Shown: positions 45,180 through 56,109, counted from the first letter of the stretch. The stretch: DNA of 64,000 nt from Bdellovibrionota bacterium (GCA_044351795.1 JBILFA010000002.1:13838-77837), one strand, 5' to 3'. Numbers and translations: made by a program. Notes: generated by a model not told the origin, from the sequence alone.

Positions 45180-45602
45180 TTAGCGGTAGTAATTACCGTA
45201 GGTCGGTCCGTTGTACTGATAATCGCGCAGCCCTTCCTCCGGATCGCCATGAGGTCCTTCATTGCGGATCTTTTCCCGTAAGACATCGATCTCACGCTGT
45301 CGCGCGAAGAGCTCTTCTTGGTTCTCCATGATGAGCTTCTGCTGACGCTCTCGTACACTTTCTTGGCTGTTGTAATCGTAGATCGCCGCTATTGCGAGAC
45401 CTGCCGGTATCCCAATAGCGCCGCCCAGGAGAGCGCTCGCTGCTACATCTCCGTTTGCTATCACTGCTCCGACGATTGCACCCGTCCCGGCTCCGGCGAG
45501 GCCTCCACCCACAGCACCGAAGGCCAAAGGCTTTGCATGAAAACCACAACCACCTAAACAAAGGGAGGCTCCGAGAATAAGAGTAAGTAACGATCTCGAC
45601 AT
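45180..45602 (-). CDS. Glycine-zipper lipoprotein with a C-terminal coiled coil
   Basis: Lipobox LCLGGC|G. Glycine zipper: GAVGGGLAGAGTGAIVGAVIANG...LLGGAIGIPAGLAIAAI. Coiled coil: RERQQKLIMENQEELFARQREIDVLREKI. The GAGGAAG Shine-Dalgarno precedes the ATG at 45602. Confidence 0.7.
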   Translation of the reverse strand: MSRSLLTLILGASLCLGGCGFHAKPLAFGAVGGGLAGAGTGAIVGAVIANGDVAASALLGGAIGIPAGLAIAAIYDYNSQESVRERQQKLIMENQEELFARQREIDVLREKIRNEGPHGDPEEGLRDYQYNGPTYGNYYR

Positions 45603-45765
45603 ATCCAAAACTTCCTCAACCGAACATCTACTGTGATATGACAACTCGAAGCTAGAATGTGCCTTTACTGAAGAAGCTTTCTTGCGAACCCGACGACAAC
45701 AACTTACATTAAAGATACCAGACAGTTAGAGGAGCTCCCAAGATATCTCAGGAGCATCCCTGAGA

Positions 45766-48630
45766 ATGCCGACAGTTAGGAGGGACACAATACATGGGTC
45801 CTCCCTGAATGGGAGCGACACCTTGGAGATATATAAGGACTCCACCTTGAAGCACCGCCCACTCACCTCGACAACTCTCAAAAATACCTCGAGCGCTCGT
45901 AACGCCGAACGCCTTCGTTTGGCCGAAGACGACGACCGACTCAAGAATTGGAAGCGCTGGGGCCCTTACCTTTCCGAACGTCAGTGGGGAACAGTGCGCG
46001 AGGATTATTCGGCTGACGGCTGGGTATGGTCCTATTTCACTCATGATCAGGCACGCAGTCGAACCTACCGTTGGGGTGAGGACGGATTACTGGGCATCAC
46101 TGACCGTCAATGCCGCATCTGCTTCGCACCCGCGCTGTGGAACAAGAAGGACTCAATCCTCAAAGAGCGGCTCTTTGGGCTGAGCGGTGCTGAGGGCAAT
46201 CACGGCGAAGATGTAAAGGAATGTTACTACTACCTCGACTCCACTCCCACGCATTCGTACATGCGAGCTTTGTATAAATACCCCCAGAACGAATTCCCCT
46301 ACGCTCGTTTAGTGGAAGAAAATCGCACTCGGAGTAGGCACGAGCGAGAATTCGAGTTGATCGATACTGGCATTTTCGACAAAAACCAATACTTCGACGT
46401 CTTCATCGAGTATGCGAAAGCGGATCAAAACGATCTTCTTATAAAGATTGAAGCTGTAAATCGCTCGAAACACGCCGCCCCTTTGATGCTCATTCCTACT
46501 ATCTGGTTTCGAAACACATGGGCATGGGGACGCACCGGCGAGGGATACACGATCAAGCCGAGAGTTTCGTTGCTCGGCAACGATAGATTCCTTCTTGTTC
46601 ATCCGCAGCTCGATCCCTTCGTCCTTTTGCTTGATCCTAAAAGCGCAGCACAATCACCTCTGACTCTTTTTACCGACAATGAAACCAATAAAAAGCGCCT
46701 TTTTGGAGGAGAAAACGCAGCGCCTTTCGTTAAAGATGCTTTTCATGAATATATCGTCAATGGAAAAACGGCTGCTGTCGACCCTTCAGGCTCCGGGACC
46801 AAGGCTTGCTTTGCGTTGGACGGAATGGTGCCGCCAGGGGAATCCTTCACGGTCAAGTTACGCCTGAAGCCATTCAGCACACCTCGTCAAGAAGTATTCG
46901 GCGATGATTTTGACGAAGTCATGGAGACCCGGCGCCGCGAATGCATGGAATTTTACGACGAGATAGTTCCCGCCATGGCATCTGCGGAGGAGCGCTCGGT
47001 CATGATTCAGTCCTACTCCGGACTGCTATGGACGAAACAATTTTATCACTACTCGGTCAAGGAGTGGTTGGAGGGAGACCCGACCCAACCGACGCCTGCG
47101 GCCTCTCGTCGTTCTCAGCGCAATTCAGAGTGGGAGCATCTGTACAACAGAGATATCATCTCTGTTCCCGACAAATGGGAGTACCCGTGGTATGCAGCGT
47201 GGGACCTGGCGTTTCATATGGTCGCTTTCGCCCGAGTCGACTCATCGTTTGCCAAGAGCCAGCTCCTACTCATGCTACGGGAGTGGTACATGCATCCGAA
47301 TGGACAGATCCCTGCGTATGAGTTTGAGCTATCGAACGTAAATCCACCTGTTCACGCCTGGGCATGCTGGCGAGTCTACAAGATGACCTCACAGAACGGT
47401 CAGATGGACCACCTGTTTCTCAAGCGATGCTTTGCGAAGCTCCTTCTTAATTTCACCTGGTGGATAAATCGCAAAGATACTCACGGCAAAAACCTCTTCT
47501 CGGGCGGCTTCCTCGGACTCGACAACATAGGAGTCTTTGACCGTAGCGCCCCTCTGCCCAAGGGAGGGACGCTCCAGCAGGCGGATGCCACTGCGTGGAT
47601 GGCATTTTACTGTGGAACAATGCTCGCCATCGCGCTCGAGCTGGCGGAACACGACGAAACATACGAGGACCTGGCTTCGAAGTTCTTCGAACACTTTATC
47701 TCGATCTCGACGGCAATAAATCACTTCGCAGGAACCGGCCTTTGGGATCAACTTGATGGCTTCTACTATGATCAACTTCAACTAGACGACACAACGATCC
47801 CTCTACGTGTTCGCTCCTTGGTCGGTATAATCCCCATTTTGGCAGTTGAAGTTCTCGAGAACCGCACGCTCGAAAAATTGCCGGGGTTCCGTAAACGCTT
47901 CGAGTGGTTCATTGCAAACCAGAGCGAACTGGCAAAACACATCGGTCACAGCGAGCGGAAACAGTCGGGTCGATCAGGCGATAAGGGAGCACCTTCCAGT
48001 GACGGCTCTAGACTCCTTGCCATTCCATCCAAGGAGCGACTCACTCGTATGCTTCGATATGTTCTGGATGAAAATGAATTCCTCTCTCCGCACGGCATTC
48101 GCTCTCTGTCCAAAATTCACGCCGCCTATCCCTATCGTCTCACCCTGGAGAACCGCGACTACGGAATCGACTATTGTCCCGGTGACTCCAATACGGACTT
48201 CTTCGGGGGTAACTCGAATTGGCGCGGCCCGGTATGGTTTCCAATCAACGTGCTTCTGATCGAAGCCCTGGAGCGTTACCACGCCTTTTACGGCGATGAC
48301 TTTCGAATAGAGTACCCAACAGGCTCCCGCAAACAGATGAACCTCGAGCAGATAGCCAATGAGCTCTCACGACGGCTAAGCTCGCTTTTTCTACCGAATG
48401 CTCGAGGTGTTCGCCCTTGTCATGGAACGGATCAGCGCTATGCATCCGACCCACATTGGCGTGACCTCGTGCTCTTTTACGAGCACTTCCACGGCGACAC
48501 AGGCGCAGGCATAGGAGCAAGCCATCAAACCGGGTGGACATCTCTGGTTTCTCTGTGCCTCGAACGCACAATACTGCAGAGGACAGGCCGCGAACAGAAA
48601 AGGGCGCGTAAGGCGACTGTTGCTTCCTGA
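45766..48630 (+). CDS. GH63-like (alpha/alpha)6-barrel glucosidase / mannosylglycerate-hydrolase-family protein
   Basis: The N-terminal hallmark NWKRWGPYLSERQWGTVREDYSADG...W.YF.HDQARSR.YRWGEDGL is typical of this bacterial family of about 900 aa. The start codon is uncertain. Confidence 0.7.
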   Translation: MPTVRRDTIHGSSLNGSDTLEIYKDSTLKHRPLTSTTLKNTSSARNAERLRLAEDDDRLKNWKRWGPYLSERQWGTVREDYSADGWVWSYFTHDQARSRTYRWGEDGLLGITDRQCRICFAPALWNKKDSILKERLFGLSGAEGNHGEDVKECYYYLDSTPTHSYMRALYKYPQNEFPYARLVEENRTRSRHEREFELIDTGIFDKNQYFDVFIEYAKADQNDLLIKIEAVNRSKHAAPLMLIPTIWFRNTWAWGRTGEGYTIKPRVSLLGNDRFLLVHPQLDPFVLLLDPKSAAQSPLTLFTDNETNKKRLFGGENAAPFVKDAFHEYIVNGKTAAVDPSGSGTKACFALDGMVPPGESFTVKLRLKPFSTPRQEVFGDDFDEVMETRRRECMEFYDEIVPAMASAEERSVMIQSYSGLLWTKQFYHYSVKEWLEGDPTQPTPAASRRSQRNSEWEHLYNRDIISVPDKWEYPWYAAWDLAFHMVAFARVDSSFAKSQLLLMLREWYMHPNGQIPAYEFELSNVNPPVHAWACWRVYKMTSQNGQMDHLFLKRCFAKLLLNFTWWINRKDTHGKNLFSGGFLGLDNIGVFDRSAPLPKGGTLQQADATAWMAFYCGTMLAIALELAEHDETYEDLASKFFEHFISISTAINHFAGTGLWDQLDGFYYDQLQLDDTTIPLRVRSLVGIIPILAVEVLENRTLEKLPGFRKRFEWFIANQSELAKHIGHSERKQSGRSGDKGAPSSDGSRLLAIPSKERLTRMLRYVLDENEFLSPHGIRSLSKIHAAYPYRLTLENRDYGIDYCPGDSNTDFFGGNSNWRGPVWFPINVLLIEALERYHAFYGDDFRIEYPTGSRKQMNLEQIANELSRRLSSLFLPNARGVRPCHGTDQRYASDPHWRDLVLFYEHFHGDTGAGIGASHQTGWTSLVSLCLERTILQRTGREQKRARKATVAS

Positions 48631-48691
48631 GAACCACTCGAACTTCGACCACAACGGCGCTTACCCACAGGCAAAAACCTTTTGGTCGAGG

Positions 48692-50170
48692 TTACGAGCG
48701 AGGAGATGGTGCAGCTGGCAGGGATTCCCCCGCCAAGAGCTCCTGATACACCTCAATAGTCTTGGTCGCTGCTGCGTCCCAATGCAGATTTTTTACCTCG
48801 CTCTTTGCCATCTGAATGAGTTCGTCTCGGAAGTCTCGATTGAGCAATACGTTCGCAATCATACCCGCCATACGATCCAGATCCCAGAAATCCACCTTGA
48901 GCGCGTGCTCGAGTACCTCTGAAACTCCCGACTGTTTCGATATAATCACAGGGGTATCAAAACTTATCGCTTCGAGAGCAGTAATCCCGAAGGGCTCAGA
49001 AACCGAGGGCATCACGTACACATCGGCCACCGAAAACATCTCTTCGAGCTCCTCGCCACTCAGGAATCCGGGAAATAAGAAATACTCGGTCAAGCCGAGC
49101 TCCCCTACTCGCTCCCTTACCGTTGGTAGCATATCTCCGGTTCCAGCGAGCACAAACAAGACACCGGGCACGCGTGGAATTACGCGAGCAGCAACTTCGA
49201 CAAAGTAGTCAGGCCCCTTTTGGAAGGTCACCCGGCCTGCGAACAAGACGACATTTCGCGGCCACGTTTTCTTAATTCGATAATCCTGTACTGCTTGGCG
49301 TGGATAGACGCCGTTATGCACGACTCTAATTTTCCTACTAGGAACTTCGTGGAAACGCTCAATCGCCCGCCGCGTATAGTGGCTAACTGCAATTACGCGT
49401 GAGGACGTCTCAAGTCCAAGCTTTTCGAGCTTCTCGATATTTCTATCTACAAACAGACCACTTCGATCCTGCTCGAGACTATGAACGTGCACCACGAGCG
49501 GCTTACCGGTCAGCTGACTCAATGCTACCGCCGCAGGAAAGGTCATCCAATCGTGTGCGTGAATGATATCGAACTCATGGCCGGAGAAATTTGCGACGAC
49601 ATGGGAAGTGAAGCGCTCTACTTCTTCGAAAATCGAATCACCAAGAGGATACAAAGACTCCTTGGCAGATCCAGTATCTTCAGTTGCTATTATCTTGGGG
49701 CTCAGTGCTATCTGGGAGCTCAGTGCGGAATCGAGATCGACTCCGTACACCTCCCCGTCAACCAGGGCATGCTGAAAAGGCTCGGCACTCTCTTCGCTCT
49801 GTAAGGAGAGAGTGCTCCTCTCTGAGAACTGAGCTACCGCCTCCTTGAACCGTTGCGGGCTCCAATACGGAGAGAGAAACGCTGGAATCCTAGCTATACT
49901 AGTCGTAGAGCCGCTGGTGCTACCGTCCGACTCTTCCGAAGAGATCTCAGGGAAGCTAAGTCCGAGCTCGATTCGCTCTCCGTAGGAGTCATCGACCGCT
50001 GTATCTGTTAGTACCATATGGGACGCAGCTTCGTCGCCAAACAGATGAGGAACGACAAAGTGAATCGCTACTCCGCGTTGGGAGAGTGCTCCGGTCAACC
50101 CTTGACAAGCGGTTCCCAGCCCTCCCGCAATGTGGGGTGGATATTCCCACCCAAGCATCAGGATCTTCAT
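48692..50170 (-). CDS. Glycogen/starch-synthase-like GT-B glycosyltransferase (GT4/GT5-like)
   Basis: MKILMLGWEYPPHIAGGLGTACQGLTGAL, HAHDWMT, and the C-terminal FAGRVTFQKGPDYF...MPSVSEPFGITALEAISFDTPVI. An insertion of about 110 aa follows the first beta-alpha units. The start was trimmed to the ATG at 50170. Confidence 0.75.
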   Translation of the reverse strand: MKILMLGWEYPPHIAGGLGTACQGLTGALSQRGVAIHFVVPHLFGDEAASHMVLTDTAVDDSYGERIELGLSFPEISSEESDGSTSGSTTSIARIPAFLSPYWSPQRFKEAVAQFSERSTLSLQSEESAEPFQHALVDGEVYGVDLDSALSSQIALSPKIIATEDTGSAKESLYPLGDSIFEEVERFTSHVVANFSGHEFDIIHAHDWMTFPAAVALSQLTGKPLVVHVHSLEQDRSGLFVDRNIEKLEKLGLETSSRVIAVSHYTRRAIERFHEVPSRKIRVVHNGVYPRQAVQDYRIKKTWPRNVVLFAGRVTFQKGPDYFVEVAARVIPRVPGVLFVLAGTGDMLPTVRERVGELGLTEYFLFPGFLSGEELEEMFSVADVYVMPSVSEPFGITALEAISFDTPVIISKQSGVSEVLEHALKVDFWDLDRMAGMIANVLLNRDFRDELIQMAKSEVKNLHWDAAATKTIEVYQELLAGESLPAAPSPRS

Positions 50171-50702
50171 ATGTGAGCGCACGTTCGGAGCAGGTCTAAG
50201 AGTCACGTGAGTATACGGAGCGAGTACAGGGAAGTCCATCATTAGGGCGCGACCCGGCCTGCTTCATTCAAGTCACGGACAGGGAAGACGGATTGGAATT
50301 TCATACAGTTTTAGAAGTCTTTACATAACAGGCCCGACCTACTTTCCCATGAGCACTATCAGTGCTCCTTGATCAGTATCGTCCCTTTAGAAGGGTGGGT
50401 GCGGCGCCCGCTACGTTATTGCTCTCATACAGATCAATCACCGTAATGGGGCTGTTACTTTTGATCGCCTATCGAGGCGAAAACACTTGAGATTCGACTA
50501 CTCTCTTGCCGCAATATTGCACATTTCATATGAAACATTACGTGCCGGGCGATACGCTAAAACAGCGATTGCTCTCACTGCCGATAGACCCTTGCTTGTT
50601 TGCCGAAAAGTGGGTTTCTTTTATCCCTTTTGAGGCTAGAGTATGGTCTATTGAGCGCTTGTGTCGAGGCGAGCAACTACGACCCACGAGGAGTATGTAC
50701 CC

Positions 50703-51695
50703 ATGATTATTGCTGGAGATGTCGGTGGAACAAAGGCTCGAATCGGCCTGTTCGAACGTCGCGCCGAAAAGGTCGAACTCGTAGTTTCCGAGCAGTACAC
50801 GAGTAGTGAGTTCTCAAACCTTGAATCAATCATTCAACGCTTCCTCGAACGGCACAATTCGGCTGTTACCTCACGACTCGAGGCGGCATGTTTCGGTGTC
50901 CCGGGACCTGTTATCAACGGCAGAGTCAAGGTTACAAACCTTCCTTGGGAAGTTGTTCAGAGCGAGATATCTCACTCGTTGAAAGTTAACAAAGTGAAGC
51001 TGGTCAATGATCTCGTCAGCACCGCCGCAGCAATCCCTACCTTTAGCCCGAGCAGCCTTCACACTATTTACGAAGGTGCCGGGGATGTCGACAGGGCCGG
51101 TTCGAGCGTAGTAGTAGCCCCGGGAACGGGACTGGGACACTCGCTGATTCATCGCGAAGCAGGATGGAGCGTACTGCTCGCCTCAGAAGGGGGCCATGCT
51201 AACTTTGCGCCGACAAACGACATAGAAATCGAGCTCTTGAGATATCTTCAAAAGAAGCTCTCTCATGTCAGCGTGGAATCTGTTCTCTGCGGGCCGGGAC
51301 TGTTGAACATCTACTCTTTTCTGATCGACACCGAGAAGGGCACAGCGCCCTCTGAACTGAAGGAGTCTAAGAGCACCGTAGAGCAGGCTGCATTGATAAC
51401 AAAGCTCGCTCAGCAAGGGGCCTCGGATGTGTGTGTCACGGCACTCGACATGTTCTGCTCAATGCTAGGCGCCCACTGTAGCAACATCGTATTGACCTAC
51501 CTCGCCACCGGCGGCGTATTTCTCGGAGGTGGAATCCCACCGAAGATCATAGACACCCTGACCAAGGGAGCATTCGTTGAAGGCTACCTCAGAAAGGGCA
51601 AACAACGGGAGCGAGTCCAAGCTACTCCGGTGTTCGTCGTCAAAGACGACTACGCTGCTCTCTACGGAGCCGCTGCTATTGCCTCCACCCTCTGA
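50703..51695 (+). CDS. glk: Glucokinase
   Basis: MIIAGDVGGTKARIGLF, ACFGVPGPV, LASEGGHANFAP, and the C-terminal GGVFLGGGIPPKI. The GAGGAG Shine-Dalgarno is upstream of the ATG at 50703. Confidence 0.85.
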   Translation: MIIAGDVGGTKARIGLFERRAEKVELVVSEQYTSSEFSNLESIIQRFLERHNSAVTSRLEAACFGVPGPVINGRVKVTNLPWEVVQSEISHSLKVNKVKLVNDLVSTAAAIPTFSPSSLHTIYEGAGDVDRAGSSVVVAPGTGLGHSLIHREAGWSVLLASEGGHANFAPTNDIEIELLRYLQKKLSHVSVESVLCGPGLLNIYSFLIDTEKGTAPSELKESKSTVEQAALITKLAQQGASDVCVTALDMFCSMLGAHCSNIVLTYLATGGVFLGGGIPPKIIDTLTKGAFVEGYLRKGKQRERVQATPVFVVKDDYAALYGAAAIASTL

Positions 51696-52159
51696 TTTGG
51701 AATAAAGGGGCTCTCAGGTTCATGTTGTGTCAGGCTATAGCACTGCGCCTTCGGGAAAACGTGAGAATGAAGGGGGCACCACGTTTTCTATGCAGGGCAA
51801 ATAATTAATTCCCGTTATTATGCCACAACCAGCCTCAGATCTCTCATGATCTCCTGTACACCCAGGGGGACGTGAGAAGCCTTCGGATCGTACTGAGCTA
51901 CTCTCATCCTGGTTTGGTCTCAAAGGAGAGAGTTCATGCCGTACGATCGCTTTAATTTACTACAGCTATCCAACCGTAACCCACAATCGCGTATGCGACA
52001 TTTGATAGAATCCTCGCTACGGATTTCGCTAAGCGCACTACTCTTGAGCTGGAGCTTCTCTGCCCCCTATCCTGCGCTGCGGATCCAAAGTCTCTTCCAC
52101 AAGGCGGTGGGGAATCGAATGGACAACACAACAAGAAGCCTGAGGATTGCCCACCAGGT

Positions 52160-53023
52160 ATGCATCCGCCTCGGAATTGTGATGATATTGAACGGATGGC
52201 GTACAAACTCGCCACTCAGAAGAACGGGTACCTGGATGGAGGGGAGTACGCGAGAAACGGAATTCCGGACGTGATGGAGCGACCCTATCAAGTGGGTTTT
52301 AACGACTGCAGTACTGGCAACGCTCATGTGGCGTGCATGTTCAACGACGAGTGTACTGCGGAATTCGGCCAGTTAGAGGGCATGCGATCGAACTCAGCCC
52401 GACATGCCACGACTCTGTATAGGGGAGCGGATGGTACTGAATTTGAATGTGACTTTACCCCCGGAAGCTCGGGAATCTTCATCAGAAGCAACGCAGATAC
52501 TAGAGTAGGTCCGGCTTTTCCAGACCCCACTGAAAGTATTGATCCGGCCTACGACTGTGAGAGGAACGGAGCTGGATACTCACCGCTCAATGCTGGTGGG
52601 GCCAGCGGGGGCATGCCTGGCAACCTTGCAACTATGCTTGCGCTACTCCAACTTATGCAAAACAGCCGGAACAATCAGTTGGCTCAAGGTCCACCGAGCC
52701 AAAACGAAGAAGGCAATGGCAGAGGAGATAATGTCATATCGTTCCCGACACCGACACCGACACCGACCCAGCGTCCGCCACTGGTAGGTATACCAACTTC
52801 CGAACCCGCTGCAGGAGAGGAGGACGGTTCTCGTGCCATGCTTAATTCAGAGTTTTCGCCTCTGGACTTTGAAAGGGTTGCTGAGAAGCCCGCCGGGAAG
52901 AGCAAGGCACGCCAAGCTGAAGATATCCCCACCGATGCCGCGAGCGACTCTCTGCTGAGGGGCAAGAAGGCACTAGCTATGTGGGAACAGGACCGCAGTG
53001 ACATATTTGGTTCAGAGAGGTAG
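52160..53023 (+). CDS. Hypothetical protein with a Cys-containing N-domain and a TPTPTPT/acidic linker
   Basis: 287-codon ORF with no family recognised. The same frame is open from 51980 but has no upstream ATG/GTG/TTG, so the start is ambiguous. Confidence 0.35.
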   Translation: MHPPRNCDDIERMAYKLATQKNGYLDGGEYARNGIPDVMERPYQVGFNDCSTGNAHVACMFNDECTAEFGQLEGMRSNSARHATTLYRGADGTEFECDFTPGSSGIFIRSNADTRVGPAFPDPTESIDPAYDCERNGAGYSPLNAGGASGGMPGNLATMLALLQLMQNSRNNQLAQGPPSQNEEGNGRGDNVISFPTPTPTPTQRPPLVGIPTSEPAAGEEDGSRAMLNSEFSPLDFERVAEKPAGKSKARQAEDIPTDAASDSLLRGKKALAMWEQDRSDIFGSER

Positions 53024-53084
53024 AGATATGTTCTATCGGTTAAACAACGAAGAGCTATCGATGCTCGTACAACGAAGGCTGAAT

Positions 53085-53561
53085 ATGAAACCGATTTCAT
53101 ACGTGTGCTTAGTCATGGTGATAAGCTGTGGCTTCGCAAAGATGGCAGCTGCTCAGCACGAGGCTGAGAGCCCAGCGGAACAACAGAAGCTTAAGATCGC
53201 TCAAGCGTTTTGCGGAACGGATGGAAAGATAGCCGAGTGTGTCGGCTATCCCGCGCGTGATTGTGCTGAGCTCGTAAAGCCGCTGGTAAAGACCTGTGCT
53301 GCAAAACCAGCGTCTAGAAAGTTCTCGACTGAGGATGCGTTTGAACGCTGCTTTTGGAACGAGTACATGAAAAAATACGGGAAGCAGATCGATCGATCTG
53401 AACGGTGCATCAAGACCGATCCAGGCAAAAGCCCACTTGACTCTATTCCATCGAACCTGGAGCATCGATACAAGTTGGTCAATACACCGAAACCTGAAGG
53501 CGAATCGAATAAGGAGAGTACGATCGCTCTCTTTCCGGAGAATGTCGAGCCCGGCATGTAG
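53085..53561 (+). CDS. Secreted Cys-rich hypothetical protein
   Basis: The signal peptide is MKPISYVCLVMVISCGFAKMAAA|QHE. The mature part has 7 Cys residues. No family was recognised. Confidence 0.45.
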   Translation: MKPISYVCLVMVISCGFAKMAAAQHEAESPAEQQKLKIAQAFCGTDGKIAECVGYPARDCAELVKPLVKTCAAKPASRKFSTEDAFERCFWNEYMKKYGKQIDRSERCIKTDPGKSPLDSIPSNLEHRYKLVNTPKPEGESNKESTIALFPENVEPGM

Positions 53562-53570
53562 GCGAGAGTT

Positions 53571-54323
53571 TCATCCCTCTTCACCTGTGGAGGCACCTTT
53601 CACTGGCCGGGTCGCCCGCAAGTTGAGCATCTCGACAAACAACGAGAAGCCCATGGCGAAGTAGATGTAGCCCTTCTGGATGTGTTGTCCGAATCCATCC
53701 GCGACGAGAACAAAGCCAACCATCAAAAGAAAGGAGATTGCGAGCATTTTGACGCTTGGATTCTCGTCTATAAATTCAACGATCGAACCCGAAAAGAGCA
53801 GCATCACCAGCACCGAAACAATCACAGCCAAGGACATAACGGGAAGATTGTCGGTCATCCCCACCGCTGTGATTACGGAATCGAGGGAAAAGATGACGTC
53901 GATAATTAATATCTGCACGATTACCGAGCGGAAGGTAATCCGTTTGCCTGGCTCAATATCCAGCTCACTTTCATGACCAACGACCTTCTCGTGAATCTCC
54001 TTGGTCGCTTTGTATATGAGAAAGATTCCTCCAGCGATCAGGATAAGATCGCGCCCGCTAAATGGGTGCTCAGCTATCTGAAAGATCGGAGCAGTCAGTG
54101 ACGCCAAGAAACTCAACGTAAAGAGGAGCATCAACCGAGTGACGATAGCCAAGGAGAGCCCAACCAACCGAGCCTTGTTTCGCTGCTCTCGCCCCAAGCG
54201 GCCTGCTATAATCGCTATGAAGACGATATTGTCGATCCCCAACACGATCTCCAAAGTCGTTAGGGTTATCAATGCGATTGCGTTTTGCAGCGTAAAGAAG
54301 CTCTCTAATGAAAAAAAGTCCAT
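53571..54323 (-). CDS. TerC-family integral membrane protein
   Basis: LEIVLGIDNIVFIAI and IDVIFSLDSVITAVGM are the duplicated TerC signature motifs. About 7 TM segments. Confidence 0.85.
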   Translation of the reverse strand: MDFFSLESFFTLQNAIALITLTTLEIVLGIDNIVFIAIIAGRLGREQRNKARLVGLSLAIVTRLMLLFTLSFLASLTAPIFQIAEHPFSGRDLILIAGGIFLIYKATKEIHEKVVGHESELDIEPGKRITFRSVIVQILIIDVIFSLDSVITAVGMTDNLPVMSLAVIVSVLVMLLFSGSIVEFIDENPSVKMLAISFLLMVGFVLVADGFGQHIQKGYIYFAMGFSLFVEMLNLRATRPVKGASTGEEG

Positions 54324-54403
54324 AAATCCACGTATTCCGGGAAAAGTTCTCTGTCAGGGGTGATCCTTAACATGGACGCCGATTGACGTCGATGGTCATC
54401 GAA

Positions 54404-55291
54404 TTATGCAGATTTGCGTCGGGCCCGGGCTTCTACCCGGTGTATCTCACCTTCGTTGTCCGACTCGATGTACTGCGGTGCCAGGTGCCATAGCCAACAG
54501 GAGGAGCAATTCCTCTCAAAGCACTCTTCGAATACGGCAGTGGTTCGGCCGTGAAGGGCATCTTCTACCTCCCATTCAGGGTGGTCAGTGTCATAGTAGT
54601 AACACTCAGTGTCCGTGACGATGATACGTAACGCCTTCGAATCAGCGATCAGTCCTCTGATGTGCGCACACTGAAGTTCGGCCATGCTGCGATGAAGGGC
54701 TCCGTGTTCCTGATCGGTGAGGGACAACTTCGTATCGAGCACTCTATCACGCCAATACAGGGGGATCTGTCCTGCGATATTGAGGGATATGATGCCATCG
54801 AATCCGGAGCGCGCCCACGTAGGCTCTACTGCTTTGAGCTGGTCGAGGTATTCATTCAATGTGCCCCTTCGAACAACTGATTTGAGTGGTTGCGTCCAAG
54901 CCTCCAAGACGCCTGTGACATCCTCTATATGCGGAACAACACGCCGCCTGAAATGAGAGCCCGCGGCGGCTCTCCATGCGGTCATGCATGCGGGGTCAGC
55001 ATCGAAGAGATGTACCTCGGCGGCATATGTGAGCAAAAGAGCGAGATCAACATCAAGGAGACGTCCCGCTCCAAGAACAGCGAGCCGTGAACAAGTCTGA
55101 AGGTTTTCTCCGATGAATTCCCGAGTACATCGAAGATGAGGCTCCCACCATACCCTGCACCGGGCATAGCGATCCTCAATGCCCCTTCCCATAGAGCTAA
55201 AGTCATTTCCGCCAAGTGATGTCAGGAGTGCTCTCATACGATAGAAGCGAGGTATCCAATGAAGCCTATCGAATTCGTGGTCAACTCTCAT
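54404..55291 (-). CDS. Hypothetical Rossmann-fold protein, possibly a class I SAM-dependent methyltransferase-like enzyme
   Basis: LAVLGAGRLLDVD (motif I-like), EVHLFDADP (acidic motif II-like), FDGIISLNIAGQIP (motif IV-like). The start was trimmed to the ATG at 55291. Confidence 0.4.
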   Translation of the reverse strand: MRVDHEFDRLHWIPRFYRMRALLTSLGGNDFSSMGRGIEDRYARCRVWWEPHLRCTREFIGENLQTCSRLAVLGAGRLLDVDLALLLTYAAEVHLFDADPACMTAWRAAAGSHFRRRVVPHIEDVTGVLEAWTQPLKSVVRRGTLNEYLDQLKAVEPTWARSGFDGIISLNIAGQIPLYWRDRVLDTKLSLTDQEHGALHRSMAELQCAHIRGLIADSKALRIIVTDTECYYYDTDHPEWEVEDALHGRTTAVFEECFERNCSSCWLWHLAPQYIESDNEGEIHRVEARARRKSA

Positions 55292-55452
55292 AGGATTCCC
55301 CTGCGGGACATGCGGTTTCAACTGCTTGAAATTAGGGCGTCAAGAACACAAGTCGGGATGCCAAAGGCTACCGTTTTCCGGGGGCTCGACACTCCGAATC
55401 GCTCCTGCGTGATGGATTTGAGTTACCGTCATACATCGCGTATACCTTGCAT

Positions 55453-56109
55453 ATGGTCTGGCAAAACCAATACATGCAGCTTGTAACTACCAAGCCGGAG
55501 ATTATTCGAGCCGAGGAAGGTCGCGAGATATCCGGCGATTCCGTCGAACTCCTCAGAGCAAAAATGAGTGAGTTCGAAGGTTGTTACGTTGAGCTGGGAT
55601 CGGGATCCGGGATGCATCTCCTGCGCCTCGCACAGCAATCTCCCAAGCATCTGTGTATCGGGTTGGAGCTACGCTTCAAACGAGCGTTCAAGACTGGAGA
55701 GAAGGCCGAGCGTCGCGGGCTGAGCAACGTAATTGTCTTCCGCACCGATGCAAAACAGCTCGCTTCTCTCTTCGAGCCTGGAACAGTAGCCGGTTTTTTT
55801 GTCAATTACCCCGACCCGTGGGACAAACGGCGATGGTTGAAGAATCGGCTATTGAATGCCGAATTGCTTGCGGCAATGCACCGCTGCCTGACACCACATG
55901 GGTTTCTCCGCTACAAAACGGATCATCAAGAGTACTTCGCCTCCACCTGTGAGCTGTTTAAGGCAGATTCGTGGAAAGTGAAGAAGCATACGACAGACCT
56001 CCTATCGAGCCCTTGGACAGAAGGAAATATCTCTACTGAATTCGAACAGCTCTTCAAGTCGCAAGGGAAGCCTTTGTGCATGGTTGAGGTGGAGAAGACC
56101 GCGGCTTAA
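55453..56109 (+). CDS. trmB: tRNA (guanine-N7)-methyltransferase
   Basis: VELGSGSGMHLL...IGLELR, then NYPDPWDKRRWLKNRLL (compare FPDPWxKxRHxKRR), then YKTDHQEYF. The start codon is uncertain. Confidence 0.8.
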   Translation: MVWQNQYMQLVTTKPEIIRAEEGREISGDSVELLRAKMSEFEGCYVELGSGSGMHLLRLAQQSPKHLCIGLELRFKRAFKTGEKAERRGLSNVIVFRTDAKQLASLFEPGTVAGFFVNYPDPWDKRRWLKNRLLNAELLAAMHRCLTPHGFLRYKTDHQEYFASTCELFKADSWKVKKHTTDLLSSPWTEGNISTEFEQLFKSQGKPLCMVEVEKTAA

